Origin: Aulosira sp. ZfuVER01
GTDB taxonomy: Bacteria > Cyanobacteriota > Cyanobacteriia > Cyanobacteriales > Nostocaceae
Direction: 5' to 3'
DNA length: 64,000 bases
Assembly: GCA_034530615.2 (NCBI GenBank)
Contig: JAVRCV020000043.1
Location: forward strand, 32,001 to 96,000
Part shown: positions 40,119 through 49,542 of the stretch, piece after piece
How the letters are laid out: every line of letters begins with the position of its first letter
How positions within the stretch are numbered: the stretch's first letter is position 1
Made by a program: the position numbers and the translations under genes
The notes under the pieces: generated by a model
Databases searched by the model: none
Told to the model about the DNA's origin: nothing
Seen by the model: the letters and a program-made list of their open reading frames with translations, nothing else

Positions 40119-41357
40119 CTAATTCGTAGAATCTTGAGAGTATCCACAATGTTTACAGTAAGGTAAAAGTTTGTAAGTAAGCTCGTGGCAGTTTTGGCAC
40201 TCCATATATTGATAGTAACCGCAGTGCGGGCAGTGGTTATCTTGTTGCCTAATTCTCTTAGCACAGTTAACACAGCAGGAGTTTTGTACTCTCTTAGCTG
40301 CTTGTAATTTAGCGTTAAAAACAAATTGTTGAAAAAATTTGATAATGCCAAAACCCACAAGTGGAATCAGCAAGATATAGATATAACTAATTAGGAACAG
40401 TAACCCGCCAAAAATGGTACTAATGATATCAAAGAGGAATTGAAATATTGCACCTACTTGAAGGAATTCAAATATTTTTAGGATTAGAGGTATAAAAAAT
40501 ACGATTAGTAAATGCCAGCTAATTAGCGCAATTATTCCATATCTTCGGTGTTGGGCAAAGTTATGAACTGAGAAAGCAATGAGAATTAGCGGCAGCAAAA
40601 AGAGGGTTTGAAAACCAAGTTGGATGCTGGGATACCAAAATGAAGCTTGTTTGTGTCCTTTTTCAACTTCACTGAATTTATTCTCATCTTTCAGAAAAGC
40701 TAGAAAGCTAACGCTTTCTGTCTTTGATAACAGTTCAGTTTTCTGATTAGAAATTTCAGTTTTTAGGGTAGCAATTTGACTGTTATTTTGCTCTAAATTC
40801 TGTTTGGCTTTTTCAGCAGCGACTTGGTTAATTGATTGCTCACGAGGCTGTCCGGCAATTTTTTCTAAAAGTGTTGAATCATATTGAGCACGAATATTAC
40901 GATTGGATTGTTCCAAGCTGCTGATTTTTGTTTGTCTTTGCTCAACGCTTTTGATAATTTGCTGATTTGCAGAATTATTAATCTTATCTTTGTAGCCTGC
41001 GTACTCTAAACACGTTGATGAAACTTGACCTAGATGTCCTGTTTGGGCTTGTTGATAGGTTTGCTGAAAACTAGATTGATTGTTTATGGTATATGGCAAT
41101 GAAAGTCTAATAATTTCATAGTCTTTATCTTTGGTATTTTGTGTCCGGTAATTTTGCCATTCAGAATAACAAGGATAAGTTTGGTAAGGGCTGAGATGCC
41201 ATCTGCTAATATCATCCAGTCCAGTAAATACATTGATTAAAATAAAAATATCAATCACAATAATGACAATCAAACTTACTGAATTTAGTGGTTCGTTGTT
41301 GATTGTCCTTGTCTTATTAAAAAGCTGATTCCAAAGACGGCGGATTCTGGCAAGCAT
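40119..41357 (-). CDS. Membrane protein with large coiled-coil loop and C-terminal double zinc ribbon
   Basis: N-term TM, Gln-rich coiled coil, 3-4 TMs, CVNC-CPHC-CQNC-CKHC. Confidence 0.8.
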   Translation of the reverse strand: MLARIRRLWNQLFNKTRTINNEPLNSVSLIVIIVIDIFILINVFTGLDDISRWHLSPYQTYPCYSEWQNYRTQNTKDKDYEIIRLSLPYTINNQSSFQQTYQQAQTGHLGQVSSTCLEYAGYKDKINNSANQQIIKSVEQRQTKISSLEQSNRNIRAQYDSTLLEKIAGQPREQSINQVAAEKAKQNLEQNNSQIATLKTEISNQKTELLSKTESVSFLAFLKDENKFSEVEKGHKQASFWYPSIQLGFQTLFLLPLILIAFSVHNFAQHRRYGIIALISWHLLIVFFIPLILKIFEFLQVGAIFQFLFDIISTIFGGLLFLISYIYILLIPLVGFGIIKFFQQFVFNAKLQAAKRVQNSCCVNCAKRIRQQDNHCPHCGYYQYMECQNCHELTYKLLPYCKHCGYSQDSTN

Positions 41358-41545
41358 ATTCTTTTTTAATGGATTTTAGAAATAAGGTGCAGGATAAAAA
41401 TTTACCAGAAATAAGGTTTAGATATACTTAATTTTTGTAACCAAAAATGGCATTTATAGTAGTTTGAGTGAAATAAATAAAAAACTCCATCAACAAGCGG
41501 ATGGAGTCTATTTCAAGGGAGCGATCGCCTAATTTTTCGCCCGAT

Positions 41546-42940
41546 TTATCGACCTGCTGAAGAAGCTTCCCAGCCATACCAGTGGCGCACTGCTAGCCAA
41601 ACTGCTGAAAGCAAACCCGCTAGGCTCAGGGTAAGGCCGCTGTATGGTACTAATAATCCGAATACAGGTAATACTGCACCGGAAATAGTGCAAACGATCG
41701 CAGCTAAGGAAGCACGACGATTTGCTCCCAAACCCCACATTAGAGTTAGTAATACTAGGGAAATCATTGTCCACACTAACTGAGGGCTGATTAATCGCCC
41801 TAAATAAGTTAAAGTCAGCAAGCAAGCAAAGAAAATTCCTCCGGCGATCGCTATATTTTTTAAATTCATTGGAATCGATAAATATAGCAATAATATCCAC
41901 CACAAAAATATAGCTGGTGCTAACAATAATAAACGGGGAATAATGCCAGTGTTACGAATTGGGGCAGTGTTAGTAAACACACCAAAAGGATTTTTTACAG
42001 AAACATTGTCATCAAATATCCAAGTAAATTCGGTGCTGCCTCTGTCATTTTTAATATTAATAGGTACAATGCCACTAGCAAAATCAACTGAGCTAAAATT
42101 AGCAATTGCTGTTAAGCGGAATTTAGAAAGCAACTGTCCAGCTGCGTTATAAACCCAACGCGGGCCGCCTTGCGCTTGATAGGTGACTCTAAAAGTGGTT
42201 TCTGCGCCTGGTTCTAAGCGGAAGGGAAAGCCATAATCACCAGGATTAATTTGTTGTAACTGAGTTTTATCTCGCTCTAATTTATATCTAGCTAGTAGTG
42301 AGTAACCGTTGGGCGGTGATGCTTCAAAGAAAAAACTATTAATATCTTTGAGTGGGTTAATAACTTTGTATTCAGCAGTGTAATCTACGATATAAATAGA
42401 ACTGCGACCTTTAACATCTGGACGTTGGTCAAGCTTTACTTGAATTTGCGATCCAGCTAATGTTAATAAGCGATTAACTTGTTGGATGTCATTGACTTTA
42501 ACTATTTTGTCTTTAACTCTAGTTGTATAAGTGTATGGTTCTTGCGCGACGTAGCGTACTTGAGGCGCAGTTTGTTCTAGCTTATCACCAGCAACGCTTT
42601 CAGCTACTTGCGCTACCCTTGCTTGTTCCCAGTGGTGGTAGCGATTACTCAAGGTTGAACACAGAAAAAATCCCGCGACTAATAGCACTAATATTAAAGC
42701 TAAATGCTGTAATCCCTTTAAGAGTTGAGAGTAATGAATCGCCCACTCGCCAAAGAAAACTGACTGTTCTAGGGAATTTCGTCGTAGCGAAAAACTGACT
42801 AGAGCGATCGCAATTCCTAAAGCTATAACTAAAAATACAATTAACAGTGAACCTTTGAGTACTTGAGTGCCAAATTGCACTAGCTCATTGGGATGCGTCA
42901 AATCAGGCAATCCGGGAATGCCTTGAGCAGAAGAATTCAT
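41546..42940 (-). CDS. Integral membrane protein (two N-terminal TMs, beta-rich soluble domain, ~6 C-terminal TMs; CreD-like topology)
   Basis: Hydropathy pattern by eye. Confidence 0.7.
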   Translation of the reverse strand: MNSSAQGIPGLPDLTHPNELVQFGTQVLKGSLLIVFLVIALGIAIALVSFSLRRNSLEQSVFFGEWAIHYSQLLKGLQHLALILVLLVAGFFLCSTLSNRYHHWEQARVAQVAESVAGDKLEQTAPQVRYVAQEPYTYTTRVKDKIVKVNDIQQVNRLLTLAGSQIQVKLDQRPDVKGRSSIYIVDYTAEYKVINPLKDINSFFFEASPPNGYSLLARYKLERDKTQLQQINPGDYGFPFRLEPGAETTFRVTYQAQGGPRWVYNAAGQLLSKFRLTAIANFSSVDFASGIVPINIKNDRGSTEFTWIFDDNVSVKNPFGVFTNTAPIRNTGIIPRLLLLAPAIFLWWILLLYLSIPMNLKNIAIAGGIFFACLLTLTYLGRLISPQLVWTMISLVLLTLMWGLGANRRASLAAIVCTISGAVLPVFGLLVPYSGLTLSLAGLLSAVWLAVRHWYGWEASSAGR

Positions 42941-43168
42941 TTATGAGTATTTGGATACTTTTAACAATCAGACCGATGGATTCTGACAAAAGTTTCTGGT
43001 AAAAATAGCATTTGTATAGAAATTAACTTAATTATTTAACAAAGAAGCAAATTCTCATAAAAAATTAAGGCAATTCTGCAAGCTTTCAGAATTACCCCAA
43101 CTGTTGTATTCTGCATAAGTTCTTAGTGATTGGACGAAAACAAACTCCGCGTCCCTATGCGTTTACAT

Positions 43169-43471
43169 TTAAGCCCTAGATACTGGCTTCAAAAATAGCC
43201 ATGCTACCAAAAATGTAGCGGCTGTGAATAGTTGCGTTAAATCCAAAGCAGACAGATAACCATCTGCAAAGGAAGCAATACTGCGATCTGTAATGCCAAA
43301 TAACCAAGATGAGAGGCCAAATAGCCAAATCCCATTCTTCAAATTACCCAGAACATCTTTAGAGTCGGATGGTTTCTGGTCTTCCACGATCTTCTCCTCC
43401 ATTGGTGAAGAATTCATTGATACAAAATCCTTGTCAGAGTTTTTCACTCTTAACGCTGAATGTATATTCAT
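43169..43471 (-). CDS. Small conserved membrane protein; start uncertain
   Basis: GIWLFGLSSWLFGITDRSIA...LFTAATFLVAWLFLKP. Confidence 0.7.
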   Translation of the reverse strand: MNIHSALRVKNSDKDFVSMNSSPMEEKIVEDQKPSDSKDVLGNLKNGIWLFGLSSWLFGITDRSIASFADGYLSALDLTQLFTAATFLVAWLFLKPVSRA

Positions 43472-43962
43472 ATTAATAAATATTTCAGAGGATTGACTAA
43501 ACCGCCAAAAGATACATATCTATTCTGTGACATTCCTCCTTTGGATCTGTTATCCCGGATAAACGGCAATAGCTTGAGTTAGGAAGGTTGTCAGCTGAAA
43601 AAGTGTGTTATTGTAATACAATATCTATACAAAAACTACATAAAAATTTATATTTTGATACAAAAAATCCTTAAAAAGATAGATGTATTTCTTAAAAACG
43701 TAGATAGACAAGAAGGAAACAGGATCTAGATACCCAGTGTGTACTGTCTTCATCCCTCAACCTTCAGAGTTCTGCCTTTAGATACTGATTACCCCAAGAC
43801 AGAACTTAGTTAAATCAAAGAAGCGCCAAAACTTGAGTAAGTGAATTAATGTCCGAAAGCGAAAGGGATACAAGCCCCAGATCGCCACGCTTCGCTCGCG
43901 GTGCTACGCAATTTATTGATGAGAGTCTTTTATTTTGAATTTTGAATTCGGAGCAAAGCGAC

Positions 43963-44916
43963 GTGACTGCAATCCAGTTCCAAAATCTACCTAATCTACA
44001 ACTACCAAAAGGTTTCCTACCAGAGTTAGGGCTGGTTTGCATTACCTTTGACAAACAAGTACGCTTTCGGACAATGACGCGGACGCGCTATTTAAAACTC
44101 ACTCCAGAACAACGGGAAAGCGCCCTCAGAGAACTGTATCAAAGTAACTTGCAGTGCTTGGATGGAGCATTATCTTTTTGTGAGAAAAACAAGATTAGGC
44201 TGTATCGGATGTCCTCGGCTTTGTTTCCCTTGAGTGATATGGAAGACGAGGTTGGCGCAAATATTTTAGAAGAAATGAGCACCGATCTAGCGAAAATCGG
44301 ACAGCGATCGCAAGCCTTAAATATCAGAATGGTGCTGCATCCCGATCAATTTGTAGTGCTGAGTTCTGATTCTCCCCAAGTATTACAAACAAGTATCAAA
44401 ATTTTAGAACGCCACGCCCGGACACTAGACTTATTAGGCTTACCGCGATCGCCTTGGTCATTGATGAATATTCATGGCGGTAAATCTCAACGTACAGAAC
44501 AACTGGTAAAGGTAATTTCGGAACTACCCGAAGCAATTAAAAGCCGCTTAACCTTCGAGAACGACGAATACGCCTATAGCGCCAGTGAAATTTTAGCAGT
44601 GTGTCAGCAGGCTGGCGTGCCAATGGTCTTTGATGCCCATCACCATATTTGCCACGAAAATCTAGACAGCTACGACGATCCGAGTGTGGCTGAGATGTTT
44701 TACGCAGCGCGAGAAACTTGGGAAAATCCAGATTGGCAATTAGTGCATATTTCTAACGGTGACACCGCTTTCAAAGACAGAAAACACAGCGATATGATTA
44801 CCGCTATGCCCAGTGTTTATTATCAAGCACCGTGGATTGAAGTCGAAGCCAAACACAAAGAAGTGGCGATCGCTAATTTGCGCTCTTGGTGGTTAATAGA
44901 GAATAATCACAAATAA
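43963..44916 (+). CDS. uvsE: UV DNA damage endonuclease
   Basis: LGLVC, IRLYRMSS.LFP, HPDQF, HGG, ENDE, FDAHHH, HIS, HSD, VEAKHKE. Confidence 0.93.
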   Translation: MTAIQFQNLPNLQLPKGFLPELGLVCITFDKQVRFRTMTRTRYLKLTPEQRESALRELYQSNLQCLDGALSFCEKNKIRLYRMSSALFPLSDMEDEVGANILEEMSTDLAKIGQRSQALNIRMVLHPDQFVVLSSDSPQVLQTSIKILERHARTLDLLGLPRSPWSLMNIHGGKSQRTEQLVKVISELPEAIKSRLTFENDEYAYSASEILAVCQQAGVPMVFDAHHHICHENLDSYDDPSVAEMFYAARETWENPDWQLVHISNGDTAFKDRKHSDMITAMPSVYYQAPWIEVEAKHKEVAIANLRSWWLIENNHK

Positions 44917-44983
44917 GTAGTTTGTTGTAGGACATTTTCGCCGGGAAGTGTCCTGGACTTGGCGCGAAATAATAAATTAAGAT

Positions 44984-46582
44984 ATGGCGATCGCAATCGA
45001 TTTTGGTACTAGCAACACAGTCATTGCTCGTTGGAACCCTGTCACCCAGCAGCCAGAAACCCTTAACATCCCTGGTTTATCAATTCAACAAAGTCTAAAT
45101 CCGCCACTAATTCCCAGCTTGGTTTATGTTGAAGACGCAACCCAAGGTAAAGTTTTAGTAGGGCAACAAGTACGCGATCGCGGTTTCGATCTCAAGGGCG
45201 ATGCGCGATTTTTCCGCAGCTTCAAACGCGGTATTGGCGCGGATATTCAAGGTTACTTACCCGAATTAGATGGGCAATTAGTCACCTTTGAACAAGTAGG
45301 TAAATGGTTCCTCACCCAGGTAATTGCAGAATTAGCACCCCAACAAGGCGGGTTAGATTCTCTGGTTTTAACCGTACCTGTAGACAGCTTTGAAACTTAC
45401 CGCCACTGGTTAGGACAAGTTTGCCAAGCCCTTCCCGTCGAACAAGTGCGGATGCTAGATGAACCTACAGCGGCCGCTTTAGGTTATGGTTTAGCAGATC
45501 AAGAAATTCTCTTAGTAATTGACTTTGGCGGCGGTACGTTGGATTTATCCCTGGTGCGCTTGGATAGAAGCGTGCAAGCAAATACCAAGCCTGTAGGATT
45601 TCTCCTGAAGTGGGGTAATAAATCCTTAGCGGAAGACTCCAAACAAAAAGTCAAAACCGCCCGTGTATTGGCGAAAGCTGGACAAAATTTGGGTGGGACT
45701 GATATTGATACTTGGATTGTCGATTATTTTGCCAAAACTCAAGAGTTGGCGGTAAGTCCTTTAACAACGCGACTAGCAGAACGAGTCAAAATTCAACTCT
45801 CAACTCAAAACCAAGCCAGTGAAGTTTATTTTGATGATGAAAGCTTTGAGAGTTACGAACTCGAACTTAACCGCGACACTTTAGAAAACATCCTCAAAGA
45901 ACACGCATTTTTTCAGCGACTCGATGAGTCGATGACGAGTTTGTTACAGCAAGCACGACGCCAAGGAATAGAAATTGCAGATATCAATGCAGTATTGTTA
46001 GTTGGTGGTACTGTACAATTGCCAGCAGTGCAGACATGGGTGAAACAGTATTTTGAGCCGGAAAAAATTCGTTGCGAACGTCCCTTTGAAGCGATCGCTC
46101 AAGGTGCCCTGCAAATAACTCAAGGTATAGAAATCAAAGATTTTCTCTACCACAGTTACGGTGTTCGCTATTGGGATAAACGTAATCAACGCCACAGTTG
46201 GCATCCAATTATTCGGGCTGGACAAGCTTACCCGATGAATCAGCCAGTAGAATTACTTCTCGGCGCATCCTTAGAAAACCAGCCCAGCATCGAGTTAATC
46301 ATGGGAGAATTAGGTGCAGAGTCTGGCGGTACTGAAGTTTACTTTGATGGCGATCGCTTAATTACCCGTCGTCTGGATAATGGTGCAACCACTGTCAAAC
46401 CCCTTAACGATAAAGAAGGCGCGAGAACAATAGCCCAACTCACACCGCCGGGATTTCCTGGGAGCGATCGCATTAAAATCCAGTTTCAAGTTGATGAGCA
46501 ACGCTTTTTGCGAATTACCGTTGAAGACTTATTAACCAATGATACGGTGTTAGAAAATCAACTCGTAGCACAGTTGAGTTGA
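44984..46582 (+). CDS. Hsp70-family protein
   Basis: IAIDFGTSNT, LDEPTAAALGY, IDFGGGTLD, LVGG. Confidence 0.92.
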   Translation: MAIAIDFGTSNTVIARWNPVTQQPETLNIPGLSIQQSLNPPLIPSLVYVEDATQGKVLVGQQVRDRGFDLKGDARFFRSFKRGIGADIQGYLPELDGQLVTFEQVGKWFLTQVIAELAPQQGGLDSLVLTVPVDSFETYRHWLGQVCQALPVEQVRMLDEPTAAALGYGLADQEILLVIDFGGGTLDLSLVRLDRSVQANTKPVGFLLKWGNKSLAEDSKQKVKTARVLAKAGQNLGGTDIDTWIVDYFAKTQELAVSPLTTRLAERVKIQLSTQNQASEVYFDDESFESYELELNRDTLENILKEHAFFQRLDESMTSLLQQARRQGIEIADINAVLLVGGTVQLPAVQTWVKQYFEPEKIRCERPFEAIAQGALQITQGIEIKDFLYHSYGVRYWDKRNQRHSWHPIIRAGQAYPMNQPVELLLGASLENQPSIELIMGELGAESGGTEVYFDGDRLITRRLDNGATTVKPLNDKEGARTIAQLTPPGFPGSDRIKIQFQVDEQRFLRITVEDLLTNDTVLENQLVAQLS

Positions 46583-46676
46583 TTATTAGAACCACAGTTA
46601 ACAATTCAAAATTCAAAATTCAAAATGGAGGCCATTTGAAGTAGGGCATTTAAACCTTTTAATTTATGAGAAATAC

Positions 46677-46708
46677 TAATGCGCACAGATATTTATCTGT
46701 GTGCATTA
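46677..46708. terminator. Bidirectional hairpin between convergent genes
   Basis: TAATGCGCACAGATA..TATCTGTGTGCATTA. Confidence 0.65.
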
Positions 46709-46746
46709 CTGTACATCTGCGGTTGATTTTCCTCAATCCAAAATTA

Positions 46747-47220
46747 CTAAATAGTTGCATATTGCAGTACTCGTTTCCATTCCCAACGCCATGCAGTTTC
46801 TACTACTAATTCTTTGCCGTTGGTGAATTTAATAAATTCTTGACCGTTATCATAAAATACATCGGCTACCAGGCGATTTCGTAAATCATTTCCCCACATT
46901 TTTGCAGCCGCATTCCACCATTTTTGCCCTGAAGATTGCAACATTGGTAGTTCAAGATATTCATCACACCATGCTACAGGTCGCCATTGCTCTTGCAGCG
47001 CTCGAATTAAAATTGCATTGGGAAAAATCTCTCGTTGATTTTCATGTAACCACAGCACATACTCAATCGTTCTTCTCAATGCATCTTCTAATCCAGAGGT
47101 ACAACTTTCGAGAGCATTTTGAACTTCCTCTTGGGACAAATTTACTCCAATAGCTACTAAAGCTCGTTCGTATTGCTTAAATATCTCATATTCAATTGAG
47201 TCTTTTTCCCAAAACCACAC
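46747..47220 (-). CDS. Hypothetical protein (Trp-rich)
   Basis: 157-aa ORF, GTG start with GGAGG RBS. Confidence 0.75.
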   Translation of the reverse strand: MWFWEKDSIEYEIFKQYERALVAIGVNLSQEEVQNALESCTSGLEDALRRTIEYVLWLHENQREIFPNAILIRALQEQWRPVAWCDEYLELPMLQSSGQKWWNAAAKMWGNDLRNRLVADVFYDNGQEFIKFTNGKELVVETAWRWEWKRVLQYATI

Positions 47221-47484
47221 AGTTAATCAACCTCCAAATTAATTAACTTAAATACTCATTATTTTTATTCCTAATAATGGTTGGCAATGCCCACCCTACA
47301 ATACTAAACTAGGATTTTTATGATTTTTTCGGTAAATAAGTAAGATTAAAGTGCAATATGTAAAGTTTTGTGTAGTAGACGCCAGCAGTTAGCTGCGTAA
47401 GATGTAGATTAAGTCCCATACAACAGTGAAACTAAGTCACATACAACAGTTAAAAGCTGTTTTTTTGACGGTTGAGAAGATCGC

Positions 47485-48642
47485 ATGACAAAAGAATCTG
47501 CTTTAGTTTCTGTTATTGTACCGGCTTACAATGCTGAGAGTTTTATTGAACGGACATTAGATTCTATACTAGCTCAAACTTACATAAATATTGAAGTTTT
47601 GGTTGTTGATGACGGTTCCCAAGATAGAACTGCTGAAATAGTAAAATCTTTTGTTGAAAAAGACAGTCGTGTAATTCTATTAACACAAAAAAATGCAGGG
47701 GTTGCCGCTGCTCGTAATTTAGCAATTGAAAAGTCTAGGGGTGAATATATCGCCCCAATTGATGCTGATGATATTTGGGCTACTCAAAAGCTAGAAAAGC
47801 AAGTGCAATGTATGTTAGAAGGAGATCAATCTCTAGGATTAGTCTACGCTTGGTCAGTCGATATTGATGAGGATGATGTAATTATTAAACTATTTAACAG
47901 TGAACATCATAAGTATTTTTTCAGTATTGAGGGAACTGTTTACCCAGATCTAGTTTACACCAACTTTTTAGGCAATGCTAGTGTACCTTTGATACGCCGA
48001 GCTTGTTTGGAAAAAGTTGGTTTTTACAACTGCGAACTTAAAGCAAAGAATGCTCAAGGTTGTGAAGATTGGGATCTTTATCTGCGTATTGCTGAACATT
48101 ATAAGTTTAGGGTAGTACGAGAATTTCTGATTGGCTACCGTCAGGTAAAAGGAAGTATGTCTCGTAACTATATAACAATGGAAAGGTCTTACAATCTGGT
48201 TTTGGCAGAATTTCGACAAAGGCATCCAGAAATTCCTACCTATATCTACAATTGGTCTGCTAGTATCTTTTACTTTTACTTATCAGAACCTAGCCAGGAT
48301 TGTGGAGACTATTGGGATAGCCTAGTCTACGTATATAAATGCATAAAATTAGACTATAGTCAAATTTTTAGATTATTTGATAATCAGTATTTGATTAAAA
48401 TTGGTTTAAAAATATTAGCTAAACCAATTATGTCTTTCATGGGACTTAAACATGACTATTGGTATCAATTTTTAAAAGAATTAAATAAAAAATATTTTAA
48501 TAATTTAGATAAAAACCCTGCTATTAAAATTTCCGATATTTCGCCAGAAACCACAAAAAATCAATACAAAATAGTGGGTTTTGGGCATAGAATTTATCGG
48601 CAAAGATGGCTGCAAATTTTGCAGTTTTGTCAAGCAGGATAA
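47485..48642 (+). CDS. Family 2 glycosyltransferase
   Basis: VSVIVPAYN, VVDDGS, ARN, IDADD, EDWD. Confidence 0.93.
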   Translation: MTKESALVSVIVPAYNAESFIERTLDSILAQTYINIEVLVVDDGSQDRTAEIVKSFVEKDSRVILLTQKNAGVAAARNLAIEKSRGEYIAPIDADDIWATQKLEKQVQCMLEGDQSLGLVYAWSVDIDEDDVIIKLFNSEHHKYFFSIEGTVYPDLVYTNFLGNASVPLIRRACLEKVGFYNCELKAKNAQGCEDWDLYLRIAEHYKFRVVREFLIGYRQVKGSMSRNYITMERSYNLVLAEFRQRHPEIPTYIYNWSASIFYFYLSEPSQDCGDYWDSLVYVYKCIKLDYSQIFRLFDNQYLIKIGLKILAKPIMSFMGLKHDYWYQFLKELNKKYFNNLDKNPAIKISDISPETTKNQYKIVGFGHRIYRQRWLQILQFCQAG

Positions 48643-48957
48643 TTTTTTCGAGTCTCTATCTTTGGTAATATCTTCTAATTTGCTATTTTCAAATTTATTC
48701 TTGTCATGATTATTGAGCCTTTAGAGAGAGGTTTTCATATATTTCATTGTTTAAGCTGCAATAAATGTAGGGTTTTTGAGCTTACTTCATCGTAGCCAAA
48801 CGCTTTTACCGCCAAGTCTCTAATTTAGATGGGAAATAAAAATGCGACTGAATTTTGTTCTATTTTGGGTCAGCCTATCATTCGTAGTTGTAGGATTGCT
48901 AATGCTACTGCTCCAACCCTCAATCGATTTTCATTCAGCAGTAAGTTGAGGTAGTTT

Positions 48958-49473
48958 ATGAATTACATTGTTGCAGTTTTACCAGACCGGATGCAAGCTG
49001 AAGCGGCCTACTCTGCTCTAGAAAAAGAAGGCTTACAGAATAACCAAATTGATATTTTAGGTAGTGGCTATAAAAGCGCTGATGAATATGGGTTAATTAA
49101 CCCTGAAAAACAAGCTCGTAAAGGAGCAGAACGCCTAATTTATTGGCTTGTACCCTTAGGATTTGTCGCAGGTTATACTTTCAATTTTTTAACAGGAATT
49201 GAAATATTCCCGCCAATTGGTGCTTTTGGTAATCATATTATTGGTGGAGTTTTGGGAGCAATGTCTGGTGCTTTAGGTGCTTACCTTGTCGGTGGTGCTG
49301 TAGGTTTAACGGAAGGTAGTGGAGATGCTTTGCCTTATCGTAATCGTCTGAATGCAGGTAAGTATTTGATTGTGGTGAAGGGTACTGAAGAATTAACTCG
49401 TCAAGCAACTCGTGTGCTGCGTCAGTTTGAACCAGAAAATATTCAAGGTTATACAGAACCAACAGGTGCATAA
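48958..49473 (+). CDS. Gly-rich two-TM membrane protein (general stress protein-like)
   Basis: Glycine-zipper TM hairpin; YRNRLNAGKYLIVV. Confidence 0.75.
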   Translation: MNYIVAVLPDRMQAEAAYSALEKEGLQNNQIDILGSGYKSADEYGLINPEKQARKGAERLIYWLVPLGFVAGYTFNFLTGIEIFPPIGAFGNHIIGGVLGAMSGALGAYLVGGAVGLTEGSGDALPYRNRLNAGKYLIVVKGTEELTRQATRVLRQFEPENIQGYTEPTGA

Positions 49474-49496
49474 ATTCTGAGTTACGAAGGATTTAG

Positions 49497-49525
49497 ATTC
49501 CCGACTTTTTAGAAAAGTCGGGAAT
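49497..49525. terminator. Bidirectional hairpin/repeat between convergent genes
   Basis: ATTCCCGACTTTT-TAG-AAAAGTCGGGAAT. Confidence 0.7.
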
Positions 49526-49542
49526 TTTGCAGGCTATGAAAA

